64,000 nt of DNA from an uncultured Spirochaetota bacterium (GCA_963745235.1 CAVUXE010000044.1:32001-96000); one strand, 5' to 3'; positions 52,061 to 61,446 are shown, counted from the first letter of the stretch. The notes: a model not told the origin generated them from the letters alone. Numbers and translations: made by a program.

Positions 52061-52953
52061 GGCAGCCACCTTGCTGACCGCTTCTGCAGCGCGTTGGACC
52101 CGAGGATGCTGAGAGTCATGATCACCACCATGCCGAGCGCCAGCGCGTAGCCCAGGTTGGGGTCGTGCAGGACGTCCCCCCGGATCTGGGCCCCGATCAG
52201 GATGGGGATCAGGTCGAGCATCCCTCCCGTCAGGGCGTACGCCGTTGCGTACGCGCCGAACGCATTTCCGAACAGGAGAATGACGGCCGCCAGAAGCGAG
52301 GGCATGAGGATGGGCAACGCCACGTGGCGCCAGTACTGCAGGCGGGATGCGCCGAGGTTTTCACACGCTTCCCGCCACTCCCTTCGAACGCCGTCCAGCG
52401 CCGGAGTGATCACCAGCACCATGAGGGGAAGCTGGAAGTACATGTAGGTGAAGCTCAGGCCCCAGAAGCTGTACAGGTTGAAGCCGCCGTCATAGATGCT
52501 GATGCCGAAAACGGTCTTCAAGACGACGGTCACAAGCCCGACGCGGCCGAGGGTCGCGATGAACGCGAAAGCGAGGGGGACCCCCGCAAAGTTGGAGGCC
52601 ACCCCTGAGAACGTGGTGAGGAATGCCCGCACGCCGCGGGGAAGCCCGCCCAGGGTCACCGCGTACGAAAGGAGGAAGCCGAATGCTCCCCCTCCGACCG
52701 CCGTGACAACGCTCACCTCGATGGTGAGGAGGTAGGACCGGAGGATGCTCGGACGAAAAAGATGGGCGATATTCGCGAGGCTGAAGCTCCCCTGCGCGTC
52801 CAGGAAGCTGCCGACGAGCAGCGTGCCGGCAGGGAGAAGCATGAACGCAGCGGCAAAAAGGAAAAAAGGCAGAAGGCCTGCCCACGCCCGCACGGGGACG
52901 CGAGCGAGGATGCGCGAGACGCGCGCACCCTCTTCATTCGCGCCGGAAGACAC
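52057..52953 (-). CDS. ABC permease, PotB-like
   Basis: SNFAGVPLAFAF, EACENLGAS, FGAYATA. Confidence 0.9.
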   Translation of the reverse strand: MSSGANEEGARVSRILARVPVRAWAGLLPFFLFAAAFMLLPAGTLLVGSFLDAQGSFSLANIAHLFRPSILRSYLLTIEVSVVTAVGGGAFGFLLSYAVTLGGLPRGVRAFLTTFSGVASNFAGVPLAFAFIATLGRVGLVTVVLKTVFGISIYDGGFNLYSFWGLSFTYMYFQLPLMVLVITPALDGVRREWREACENLGASRLQYWRHVALPILMPSLLAAVILLFGNAFGAYATAYALTGGMLDLIPILIGAQIRGDVLHDPNLGYALALGMVVIMTLSILGSNALQKRSARWLP

Positions 52954-54099
52954 TTACTGTTTTGCCGTCACGTTGGCCCCGACAATCGAGTCCCAGTTGC
53001 TTGTAATGAAAGCCTTGGCTTCGCCCTGCTCCGCGAGCGTGGGGAAGGCCGCCTTCGCGTAATACGAAGCGGGAGGCAGTTTCGCCGCAATGGCGGCCGG
53101 GATCGCGTTGCGGGCCGCGAGGTCTGCATAGCGGATGGGGTGGCCGTAGCCCTTGAGCCAGATCAGCTGGCCCTCATCCGAGTAGAGGAACTCTTCCCAG
53201 AGCCGGGCAGCGTTGGGGTGCGGGGCGTACGCGCTGATGGCCTGCACGTAGACGCCGGCCACGACGCCGGAGTTGGGGACGATCGCGGCGATGGTGGGGT
53301 TCCCCGCGGCGGTATCCCTGTCCGACAGGGCCAGGTAGTCCCACGTCACGGCCACGGGGGTCTCTCCGGAAGCGACGGTTCCCATCTTGGCAATCAGGGG
53401 AACGAAGTTGCCGGCGGAGTTCAGCTTGGCAAAGAAGTCGACGCCCGGCTTGGCGTTCTCAAAGGTGCCGCCGCTTGCCAGGGCAGCCGCGGCAACCGCC
53501 ATGATTGCCTGGTTGGAAACGCGGGGATCCCCGGTCAGGGCAACCTGCCCCTTGTACGCAGCGCCCAGGAGATCCGGCCAGTCCAGGGGCGGGTTCTTGA
53601 CCACGTCGAGATTCACTTCGAAGGACAGGACGCCGTAGTAGTCTCCGTACCAGTACCCGTCCGCGTCCTTGACGCTGTCAGGGATCGAGGCCCAGCCCCT
53701 CACCTTGTAGGGAGCAAGGAGGCCGGCCTTCTTCGCGTCGGGGCCGAAGGAGAAGCCGACGTCAATGACGTCCGGCGCCTGGGGGCCCGTGTTGCCCATG
53801 TTCGCCTGGATGGCCTGCAGCTCGTCTCCCGATCCGCCGTCCGGGTTGAGCTCATTGACCTTGATTCCATACTTCTTTGCGAAAGTGTCGATTGCCTCTC
53901 CGTAGTTCAGCCAGTTTCGGGGAAGGGCTATGACAGTGAGCTGCCCTTCCTTCCTGGCGGCTTTGACCAGGGTGTCGAAGTTCGCCGGCGCCCGCATGAG
54001 GCCCGGGGCTGCCTTGCCGTTCTGGCTGTCGGCGAAAACGGTCGTTCCGGCCGCGGCCAGGAAAACAGCGACAAGCACGCAAACGATTGGCTTCCTCAT
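52954..54099 (-). CDS. ABC substrate-binding protein (Fe3+/polyamine/phosphorylated-solute cluster)
   Basis: Signal peptide; AARKEGQL, PDVIDVG, APHPNAARLWEEFLYSDEGQ. Confidence 0.87.
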   Translation of the reverse strand: MRKPIVCVLVAVFLAAAGTTVFADSQNGKAAPGLMRAPANFDTLVKAARKEGQLTVIALPRNWLNYGEAIDTFAKKYGIKVNELNPDGGSGDELQAIQANMGNTGPQAPDVIDVGFSFGPDAKKAGLLAPYKVRGWASIPDSVKDADGYWYGDYYGVLSFEVNLDVVKNPPLDWPDLLGAAYKGQVALTGDPRVSNQAIMAVAAAALASGGTFENAKPGVDFFAKLNSAGNFVPLIAKMGTVASGETPVAVTWDYLALSDRDTAAGNPTIAAIVPNSGVVAGVYVQAISAYAPHPNAARLWEEFLYSDEGQLIWLKGYGHPIRYADLAARNAIPAAIAAKLPPASYYAKAAFPTLAEQGEAKAFITSNWDSIVGANVTAKQ

Positions 54100-54164
54100 T
54101 TCCCGCTCCTTTTGACACGTGATTCCCCGGCGGTGACCGGGCAGATCGTATGTACGAGGAGACA

Positions 54165-54204
54165 ATTAATTCCGTGCGAGCGGGGCGTTAAGTTTTGGTT
54201 AATT
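54165..54204 (-). promoter_or_regulatory. TTAA-N7-TTAAC direct-repeat box upstream of the ABC importer
   Basis: Plus-strand ATTAAT 54165, GTTAAG 54187, GTTAAT 54198, all in 11-bp phase. Confidence 0.6.
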
Positions 54205-54238
54205 GCTGGCTGCCGTCACCGGCCGGGACAAACCGGCG

Positions 54239-55630
54239 CTACTTCTGGGTCTTTTCCTGGGTGTCCCTGAGCCGGTCCTCGACGACCTTTTTCACCTGCG
54301 CGTCGAACTCCGGATACCGCGCCCGCAGGGCGTCGAAATCCGCCTTGGAGAGCTTGTACACGTCGCAATAGGAAACCGCCCGGATGCTCGCCGTGCGTTT
54401 CTCTCCCTGGAGCAGGGCAGTCTCGCCGAATGGCGAGCCGGCTCCGAGCTGGGCGACCTTCGAATCACCGACGAGCACCTCGACGTCTCCCGAGCTCAGG
54501 AAGTACATGCAGTCCCCGTACTCTCCCTGACGGATGATGTAGTCGTCCGGGAGGAACACGATGGGCCGCAGGAGCTGGACTATCTCCCGGATGAAAATCT
54601 CGTTGGCGCTCCTGAACAACGACACTTTTTCGAGGATGGTGCGGTTGAGGAAGAGAAGGATCTCCATGGAAAGCGTGTGGGGAAGCTCCTCGGTCAACGA
54701 CACGGGAGAGACGCTTTTTTGCGTCTCCCAGAGATAGCCGTAATAGTCGCGCACACGGGACTGGAGCGCTGAAGGCACTCTCTTGGCGCGGAAGAAGTCG
54801 TTGATCTCTTCCATCTTCTCCTGGTAGGCGGCGCGGGCCGTGTCCAGGTTCGCAATGAGGGTCGCGACGTTGCCGATGATGTAGCCGTACATGCCAACCC
54901 CGAAAACCATGACCACGATCGTATAGACGATCTGCAGGTTCGAGTCATGGTTCGGTGTGTAGTCCCCATATCCAATGGTGGCGATGGTCGTGACGCACCA
55001 GTACACGCCTCGCAGGTATTGGTCGAAGTGGGACCTCTGCGACTCGGCGGCGCCAATGAGCACCCAGCCGCACGCCATGAGGTGCACCACGGTCACGAAC
55101 CAGAACGCGAAGGTGACGAGGCGCATGAGGGACGGGTTGACGCTCAGGCTCTGCCGGATGTCGCGGAAGATGGCGCTCACCTTGCTGATCTTCGCCATCT
55201 TCAGGATCTTGGTGAGGACGATGATCCCCAGCACGGCTCCCATGTGCGTCTGCGCCTCGGTGACATGACTGCCGGGAATGATCGAAAACAGCCACGCGAG
55301 GGGGAGCCCCGAGATCACGTCCACGGCGAACCAGCTGCGCAGGTACATCCGCGCAATGCTTCGCCTGTCCGCATGAACGACGAGGCCTTTCTTGACGGCC
55401 TGGTTGAACGTATAGGGAATGTCGAGAAGGTAGACGACCGTGATGACCCAGTAGACGGCGTCGAACTGGAAGTGCTGGAACGTGAGCCGGTAGGAAGTGA
55501 TGATGGTGCCGGCGAGCGCGGACAGGATGAGGAAGGCGTTGTAGAAGACCTTTGCAGGGCCGTCAAAACGGAAAACGGGGATTCCACGGGAAGTTGTCCT
55601 CGGCTCTGCCGATGTTGAGCCTGTTGCCAT
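54239..55630 (-). CDS. Cyclic-nucleotide-gated potassium channel (SthK-like)
   Basis: TIGYGD selectivity filter, C-linker, CNBD with FGETAL and RTAS. Confidence 0.92.
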   Translation of the reverse strand: MATGSTSAEPRTTSRGIPVFRFDGPAKVFYNAFLILSALAGTIITSYRLTFQHFQFDAVYWVITVVYLLDIPYTFNQAVKKGLVVHADRRSIARMYLRSWFAVDVISGLPLAWLFSIIPGSHVTEAQTHMGAVLGIIVLTKILKMAKISKVSAIFRDIRQSLSVNPSLMRLVTFAFWFVTVVHLMACGWVLIGAAESQRSHFDQYLRGVYWCVTTIATIGYGDYTPNHDSNLQIVYTIVVMVFGVGMYGYIIGNVATLIANLDTARAAYQEKMEEINDFFRAKRVPSALQSRVRDYYGYLWETQKSVSPVSLTEELPHTLSMEILLFLNRTILEKVSLFRSANEIFIREIVQLLRPIVFLPDDYIIRQGEYGDCMYFLSSGDVEVLVGDSKVAQLGAGSPFGETALLQGEKRTASIRAVSYCDVYKLSKADFDALRARYPEFDAQVKKVVEDRLRDTQEKTQK

Positions 55631-55732
55631 CCATCCGTATAGTATAGTGAGGCAGTGCCCTGCTCTCAAGGAAAGTCGGGTCTTTTCTTGACACGATGCG
55701 ACGCGCAGCTACACTGGTCCGGGGGGGAGACG

Positions 55733-56566
55733 ATGCTGCTCGCTGTGTCTGTCGGCAACTCACACATCACCTTCGGGGTTCACGGAGGCTCCGGCTGGGT
55801 GCGGCGGTTTCGGATCCAGACCGTTCACGAGAAGACGCCGGACGAGTACACGGTCGTTTTCCGCGAGCTTCTTGGCTCAGGCGGGATCACGCGGGAGAGC
55901 CTGGGCTCCGCCATTCTTTCCAGCGTCGTGCCTCCTCTCACCACGGCAATCGCTGAGACCATCACGGCAGTCTCCGGCGCCAGCCCCATCTTGCTGACTC
56001 ACGCCATGGACCTGGGGCTGCGTATCACCACGGAGAACCCGGCGGAGGTGGGGGCGGACCTGGTGGCCAACGCGGTGGCAGCCTTCGACAGGTTTCGTGG
56101 CAACTGTATCGTGGTGGACTTCGGCACCGCACTGACGTTCACGGCGGTCGCGGCGCCGCAAGGGAAAAGCGGGGACAGCGGGCCGGGTGAGCTGCGGGGG
56201 GTCGCAATCTCCCCCGGCCTCACCTCAGCCGTGGATGCCCTTGCCCGCAACACCTCGCAGCTGCCGCGCGTTCCCCTTGCGGCCCCTCCGCTGATCGCCG
56301 GGCGCAACACCGTCCAGTCAATCCAGTCGGGCGTGGTGTTCGGCTATGTAAGCCTCGTGGAAGGGCTGATCCGCCGCATGCGCGCGGAGCTGGGCGGATC
56401 CGCGGAGGTCGTCATCACGGGCGGAAGCTCACCGCTCATTGCGCCGCTCATGCAGGAAAAGGCGCTCGTGGAGCCGTGGCTGACCCTCGAGGGGCTGCGG
56501 GTAATAGCCGTACGAAACCCGGGGCCGGCGCGGAGCGGCCTCAATCCTCCAGCATCTCGGAAATGA
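55733..56566 (+). CDS. coaX: Type III pantothenate kinase
   Basis: VGNSHI, SSVVP, EVGAD, VVDFGTALT, ISPG, NTVQSIQSG, LTLEGL. Confidence 0.93.
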   Translation: MLLAVSVGNSHITFGVHGGSGWVRRFRIQTVHEKTPDEYTVVFRELLGSGGITRESLGSAILSSVVPPLTTAIAETITAVSGASPILLTHAMDLGLRITTENPAEVGADLVANAVAAFDRFRGNCIVVDFGTALTFTAVAAPQGKSGDSGPGELRGVAISPGLTSAVDALARNTSQLPRVPLAAPPLIAGRNTVQSIQSGVVFGYVSLVEGLIRRMRAELGGSAEVVITGGSSPLIAPLMQEKALVEPWLTLEGLRVIAVRNPGPARSGLNPPASRK

Positions 56567-59015
56567 GATGGTACAGGTGGGCCGCGGACTCCTTGTCCTC
56601 GGGGTGGAGAAGCTCCGCGGGCTCATCCGCAATGCTTTCCAGGCTTGCCAGGGTTTCCTGCCGCGCGGTGAGAAGGCTTTTCTCGGACTTGAACCAGTAG
56701 TTCCCTTTCCAATCCGTGTACAGGGTGAGGAACCCGAGGCGCTTGGATGAGCCTTTCAAAGGGCAGAGGCAGAGCAGCCGCGGAAGGTGGGAGCAGAGCG
56801 TCCGGCCGTCCCGGGCAAACAGGAACGTCTTTCCCGACGGCCAGTCCTCCCACACTCCTTCTTCCGTGTGCAGGTACGGGGCGAGGGAGAGGATGACGGA
56901 GAGCTTCATCCCGTAGAAGATCTCCCTGCCGTCCCACATGATCACTCCGTACATGTTCTTGACGGAAGGAAAGTTTCCCGGGGCCAGCTGCTGAAGCACG
57001 GGGCGAAGCTTCTCCCACTCCATGATCACCATCTTGCGCCCTCCCTTGATCACGCGGAGGGGGAAGGTCTCCTGGCCGATCTTCATCTGGGTGGTGAAAT
57101 CCCTGGCCTTCACCATCTCCTTTTCCCGCGGGATCGGAACGCCCTTCACGAAGGCCTGCGTGAGCAGGGGGGAGATGGCGGAGAGGAGCTGCTTTCGAAG
57201 CGGAGAGACGGAGCGCGCATACATGCGGCTGGTGCGGACAATTTCCCCCGCAACGATATACGGCGGGTTCTCCCGGAACATGAGAGAGCCCGGGTGGATC
57301 TGGATCTTGTCCGCGGTCAGGCTTCGGTAGATTCCCCTCCCCGTCCTCTCGCAGACGAACTGGATCAAGCCGCGCGAGATGGCGCACAGGTAGTCGTCCC
57401 ACGGCCCGCCCGACCCGATGGGGAGGCCGAGCTTGCTGACGATCTCCTGCAGCTGCCCGTCGATGTTGACGATCTCGTTCATGGTGCGCAGCTCCAGGTA
57501 GTGGTTCTCGCAGAAGCGCGCCTTGTTCGCCGCCCGAACGAACGCCTCGTAGATGCGCTGGTAGGAGACGAAATCACCCAACGGGTCGCGGAAGCTGTGG
57601 TGCGCACGCCGGGCCTCCAGCTCTTCCCCCGCGGGGAGAAGGAACGGGGAGTTCACGGAAAGGAAGGTGGCGGCAATGATGACCTCCGCGATCACGGATG
57701 GATACCTCCGAATCGCCTCCACGATCATCCGCGCGTGCTTGGGCAGGATGGGGAAGAGGCACATCATGCGGCCGGTTTCCGTGAGCGCTCGCTCCTCATC
57801 AAGGGCGTCCAGCAGGCGCAGCGTCTCCACGGCCGCCCGGATCCCTTCCTGCCCCGGGGGGGACAGGAAATCGAAGGACTCGAAGTCCCGGATCCCCAGC
57901 TCCGCCATCCGCAGGACCACCTCGGAAAGGTCCGTCCGCTTGATCTCTTCCACCGTGTACATGGGCCGGGAGTCATGGTCCTTTCGGGAATAGAGACGAT
58001 GGCACACTCCCGGCGCCGTCCTGCCCGCCCGGCCGCGGCGCTGGTTGCAGGATGCCTTGGACACGGGCACCTCGATCAGGGATTCGGTGAATGTCCGGGG
58101 GCTGTAGAAGTTCATCTTGGCGAGGCCCGAGTCGATGACGTGCACCACCCCGTCGATGGTGACGCTCGTCTCCGCGATATTCGTCGCGACGATAACCTTC
58201 CGCTTGCCGGGGAAGTCCAGGAACACCCTCGCCTGGTCCTCGCGGGAAAGGCGCGCGTACAGGGGCAGCAGCATGAGCTCCTCCCCGGTGTCCAGCTCCG
58301 ACAGGATCTGCACGCAGTCCTTGATGGCCAGCTCCCCCTGGAGAAAGATGAGGATGTCGCCCTTTGCCCCTTTGCGTATGACCCCGGAGACGATCTCGCG
58401 GATCGACGCGAGGAGGCTCTCGTGATCGCCCTCGATCTCAGGCGGCGCATAGATGAGCTCCACGGGATACATGGGCGCATCGATGCTCACCACGGGACAC
58501 CCGTCGAAATACTCCGAGAACACCTCCACGTTGATGGTCGCGGAGGAAATGATGACGCGGAACTCGGGCCGCTGGGAAATGATCCCCTTCAGCATCCCGA
58601 GAATGAAGTCGATATTGAGGCTCCGCTCGTGCGCCTCGTCCACCATGAGCACGCTGTAGCGGGACAGGGTGCGGTCCCCCTTGAGCTCCTGCAGGAGGAT
58701 GCCGTCCGTCATGATCTTGATCACGGTCCGATCGTCCGTCTTGTCCTCGAAGCGCATGGTGTAGCCGATGGTGTCGGGAATGGTCTTCCCGATCTGCCGG
58801 GCAATGAACTCGGAAACGGACACGGCGGCAATGCGCCGCGGCTGCGTGACCCCCACGATGCCGTGGGAAGCGTAGCCCGCCTCGTGAAGGATGAGCGGGA
58901 TCTGGGTGGTCTTGCCGGAGCCCGTCGGGCTTTCGACGACAATGACCTGGTTGTTCTCCAGCGCGCTGAGAATCTTGTCCCGTTGCTGGTACACGGGCAG
59001 CTGGTAGGGGTCCAT
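56541..59015 (-). CDS. hrpA: DEAH-box ATP-dependent RNA helicase
   Basis: PTGSGKTTQ, TQPRRIAA, DEAH, SAT, ATNIAETS, QRRGRAGR. Confidence 0.95.
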   Translation of the reverse strand: MDPYQLPVYQQRDKILSALENNQVIVVESPTGSGKTTQIPLILHEAGYASHGIVGVTQPRRIAAVSVSEFIARQIGKTIPDTIGYTMRFEDKTDDRTVIKIMTDGILLQELKGDRTLSRYSVLMVDEAHERSLNIDFILGMLKGIISQRPEFRVIISSATINVEVFSEYFDGCPVVSIDAPMYPVELIYAPPEIEGDHESLLASIREIVSGVIRKGAKGDILIFLQGELAIKDCVQILSELDTGEELMLLPLYARLSREDQARVFLDFPGKRKVIVATNIAETSVTIDGVVHVIDSGLAKMNFYSPRTFTESLIEVPVSKASCNQRRGRAGRTAPGVCHRLYSRKDHDSRPMYTVEEIKRTDLSEVVLRMAELGIRDFESFDFLSPPGQEGIRAAVETLRLLDALDEERALTETGRMMCLFPILPKHARMIVEAIRRYPSVIAEVIIAATFLSVNSPFLLPAGEELEARRAHHSFRDPLGDFVSYQRIYEAFVRAANKARFCENHYLELRTMNEIVNIDGQLQEIVSKLGLPIGSGGPWDDYLCAISRGLIQFVCERTGRGIYRSLTADKIQIHPGSLMFRENPPYIVAGEIVRTSRMYARSVSPLRKQLLSAISPLLTQAFVKGVPIPREKEMVKARDFTTQMKIGQETFPLRVIKGGRKMVIMEWEKLRPVLQQLAPGNFPSVKNMYGVIMWDGREIFYGMKLSVILSLAPYLHTEEGVWEDWPSGKTFLFARDGRTLCSHLPRLLCLCPLKGSSKRLGFLTLYTDWKGNYWFKSEKSLLTARQETLASLESIADEPAELLHPEDKESAAHLYHLISEMLED

Positions 59016-59162
59016 CACTGGATGCAACTATAGCGGGAACGCGGGGGCGGGGATAGCGGGAGGCGGGCCGCGCCACCGGAGGTGACCCTGTGCACCGAAT
59101 GAATCTCCCGAGTGCATTTTTGGCTTGTTTTTGGCGCAATTTCGTTCTACAATGATCTGGAG

Positions 59163-59327
59163 ATGGCGAAGAAGCTGCATATCGAGATCACCCCCGCCAA
59201 CTGGGCACGGATGAAGGAGTACGTGGAGCTGTACAACGGGGACCCCGCGAGGGTCACTCCCCGGTTCAAGCCCGCGGATGTGATCAACCAGGCGCTGCAC
59301 GAATACCTCTCGGGCAGAAAGGGATGA
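59163..59327 (+). CDS. Small RHH-like protein, paralog 1
   Basis: GGAG RBS; LHIEITPANWARMKEYVELYN...DVINQALHEYL. Confidence 0.65.
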   Translation: MAKKLHIEITPANWARMKEYVELYNGDPARVTPRFKPADVINQALHEYLSGRKG

Positions 59328-59539
59328 GTGGAAAGGAGCACTCGCGCACAATCAACGTGGAGATCGCGCCGGGAAACCAGGCACGGATGACGCGGTTCAT
59401 CGAGGCATACAATGCGCGATCGGACCGCAGGACACCGAAGCTGAAGTACACGGACGTCGTGAACGAGGCCCTGGACCGGTTCCTGGATGGGCGCCTTGCG
59501 GCGCTTCGGGAAAAGGTCCGAAGGAGCAGAAAGCGCTAG
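59324..59539 (+). CDS. Small RHH-like protein, paralog 2
   Basis: ATGA overlap; INVEIAPGNQARMTRFIEAYN...DVVNEALDRFL. Confidence 0.65.
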   Translation: MSGKEHSRTINVEIAPGNQARMTRFIEAYNARSDRRTPKLKYTDVVNEALDRFLDGRLAALREKVRRSRKR

Positions 59540-59552
59540 CGAGGAGGTAGTC

Positions 59553-59897
59553 ATGGCGAAGGTGAAGGCAAAGAAGAAGGCCGCGCCCCGCAGGAAGCCG
59601 GCAAAGCCTGCAAAGGCAAAGAAGGCCGCGCGGCCGGTGGTGAAAGCGGTGCCGGGCCCGCGGGGACCGGCCGGCGCTCCCGGAGAGAGGGGTCCGAAGG
59701 GAGAGCAGGGCCTCATGGGTCCGCAGGGACCTCGGGGAGACCGCGGTGAAAGGGGAGAACCGGGCCCCGGGATCCGCTACGAAGGGGGCGGCAGTCCGGG
59801 GTCGAGCTACCTCGTGGTTGGCGCTGACGGCTCCCTCAAGTTCGTGAGACAGGGGACCACGTTCATCGTCCAGCTCGTTCCGACGCCGCAGGGCTGA
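59553..59897 (+). CDS. Mini collagen-like protein with Lys/Ala/Pro-rich N-tail
   Basis: GGAGGT RBS; 13 Gly-X-Y triplets; no signal peptide. Confidence 0.8.
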   Translation: MAKVKAKKKAAPRRKPAKPAKAKKAARPVVKAVPGPRGPAGAPGERGPKGEQGLMGPQGPRGDRGERGEPGPGIRYEGGGSPGSSYLVVGADGSLKFVRQGTTFIVQLVPTPQG

Positions 59898-59909
59898 GAG
59901 GAGATTTTC

Positions 59910-60329
59910 ATGGCAAAAGCACGGATGGCTCAGCAACTGAGCTTCAAGCTGCCGAACAAGGTCGGGCAGCTTTCCGCGGTAGGGGACCTGGTCGGGGCTG
60001 CGGGGGTCAACATCGAAGCAATCCTCGCCATCGAGTCAGGAGCGAACGCGGAGTTCCGCGTGGTGACCAGCAGGAATGCGAAGGCGAAGAAGGCGCTCTC
60101 GACTCTCGGCGTTGAGATCAGTGAGGAAGGCGTCATCTGCGTCCAGGTGGCAAACAAGGCCGGCCGCTTGAGCAAGATCGCGAAGAAGCTCGCGGATGCG
60201 GCGGTGAACGTGAACCGGGCGTGGGGCGCGAGCTTCAAAGGGAAATCCTCCACCCTGGTCCTTCAGACATCGGACGACAAGAAGGCTCTCGCCGCGCTGG
60301 GCAAGGCAGGCTCCAAGAAGAAGAAATAG
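59910..60329 (+). CDS. Tandem ACT-domain protein
   Basis: LPNKVGQLSAV...AGVNIEA and VANKAGRLSKIAKKLADAAVNV. Confidence 0.82.
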   Translation: MAKARMAQQLSFKLPNKVGQLSAVGDLVGAAGVNIEAILAIESGANAEFRVVTSRNAKAKKALSTLGVEISEEGVICVQVANKAGRLSKIAKKLADAAVNVNRAWGASFKGKSSTLVLQTSDDKKALAALGKAGSKKKK

Positions 60330-60426
60330 GTTCGGGCTGATCGCGGAAAATTAACGCAAAGCTCGTCCGGAGCTAACAGTGCCTTTGTACCGTTTGGGGC
60401 GAAAGCTCCCTCAGCTTTTGCCGTAC

Positions 60427-60463
60427 GGGCCCGCCGGAAGCTCTGGCGTGGCCCTTGTTTTTT
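60427..60463 (+). terminator. Intrinsic terminator
   Basis: GGGCC-CGCCGGA / TCTGGCG-T-GGCCC stem followed by TTGTTTTTT. Confidence 0.7.
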
Positions 60464-60476
60464 CTGGCGGCTTTTT

Positions 60477-60704
60477 TTACAGGGCGCCGGCGGCAATGGC
60501 CCCAGCGTTCCTGCGCACAAACTCAAGCGCCTCATCCTTCGTGGGGAACAGCTCTCCCCGCGTGATGTAGGAGAACGTCATGAAGCGCTTCAGGGCGCGG
60601 ACCGGACGCCATTGCGCCATCCACGCGGTGCCGCTGATCGCAGGAACCGCGCGGTATTCGATTCCGTGATTCGCGTCAATCAGGATCGCGGTGTGTGCTT
60701 CCAT
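60477..60704 (-). CDS. Hypothetical protein
   Basis: GGAG RBS, 75 aa ORF, no family recognised. Confidence 0.5.
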   Translation of the reverse strand: MEAHTAILIDANHGIEYRAVPAISGTAWMAQWRPVRALKRFMTFSYITRGELFPTKDEALEFVRRNAGAIAAGAL

Positions 60705-60751
60705 ACTCCGATGATCGGCTCACCGGAATGGAAGCAGGAGTCAAAACGGCC

Positions 60752-60961
60752 TCAGGTGCAGCACGCTGCCTTTTCGCTCGAGATGAGACTGGCGTCGCAG
60801 CGGTCGCACCACAGCTCCTCAACCGCCCCCTCCAGCTCTTCCACGGAAAGGTTTTCCTCCGGAGCGCTCTCGGCTCGCTCCGCGTCCGTCGCGCAGTCTG
60901 CGCAAACGATTTCGCTCTCAAGGTAGAATGCGATAACTTCACCATCACGCGTTATCGTCAT
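60752..60961 (-). CDS. Small acidic Cys-rich (zinc-ribbon-like) protein
   Basis: GGAGG RBS; CADC and CDRC. Confidence 0.65.
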   Translation of the reverse strand: MTITRDGEVIAFYLESEIVCADCATDAERAESAPEENLSVEELEGAVEELWCDRCDASLISSEKAACCT

Positions 60962-60998
60962 GAGTGCCTCCTGCTGAGGCACAGCATTGTTCCCTTTG

Positions 60999-61038
60999 GT
61001 TAGCTTTTTCTTTGGTTTTGCTTAAATTGCGGTTAATT
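60999..61038 (-). promoter_or_regulatory. 40-bp four-unit 11-bp-period element, copy A
   Basis: GTTAGCTTTTTCTTTGGTTTTGCTTAAATTGCGGTTAATT; 33/40 identical to 63759-63798. Confidence 0.72.
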
Positions 61039-61366
61039 TCGTTCCCGGCCCGCGCAGGCGGCGAGCGATTCCGGACCCGGGCGGCTGGACCCGCGGCCTG
61101 ATCGTTTCGACCGTCAGGTAGCCTGTCCCCCCGCACACGTCGCATTCATTCCACCGGGAATCGTCCCGGCTCCACAGCGCCCCCAGGGTCTGGCACGCCG
61201 GGCATTCATTCAGCTCGCGTCTTCCGCCGTTGACGTGCTTGCTGAAGCAGCTCATGTGGTAGATGCGGCCGCCGTCCACGCGAACCACATCGTGCCGGAT
61301 CTCCTCGCCGCAGAGCTCGCACGCGTAGTGGGGCTTCCCCGGAACAAGTACGTTTCTTCGCGACAT
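61022..61366 (-). CDS. Double zinc-finger protein
   Basis: GGAGG RBS; CELC...YHMSCF (LIM-like) plus CPAC...CDVCGGTG (DnaJ-like). Confidence 0.7.
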   Translation of the reverse strand: MSRRNVLVPGKPHYACELCGEEIRHDVVRVDGGRIYHMSCFSKHVNGGRRELNECPACQTLGALWSRDDSRWNECDVCGGTGYLTVETIRPRVQPPGSGIARRLRGPGTKLTAI

Positions 61367-61446
61367 GCGCAACCTCCGCTGCGAATGTATACACGTCTCG
61401 TGAGGATTCGGTTAAATGGAATTTTTCAGCAGCAGAGCCGAAGACT

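Noticed and set aside
56787-59033. Long antisense ORFs (748 aa opposite hrpA, 502 aa at 52762, 439 aa at 50831)
   Set aside because: Shadow frames expected in high-GC DNA; no motifs and fully overlapping well-supported genes
60345-60410. c-di-GMP-I riboswitch (ACGCAAAG...GCTAA and a GAAA loop)
   Set aside because: Elements are in the wrong order, the upstream P1 with GGCAAA is missing, and no gene follows on that strand
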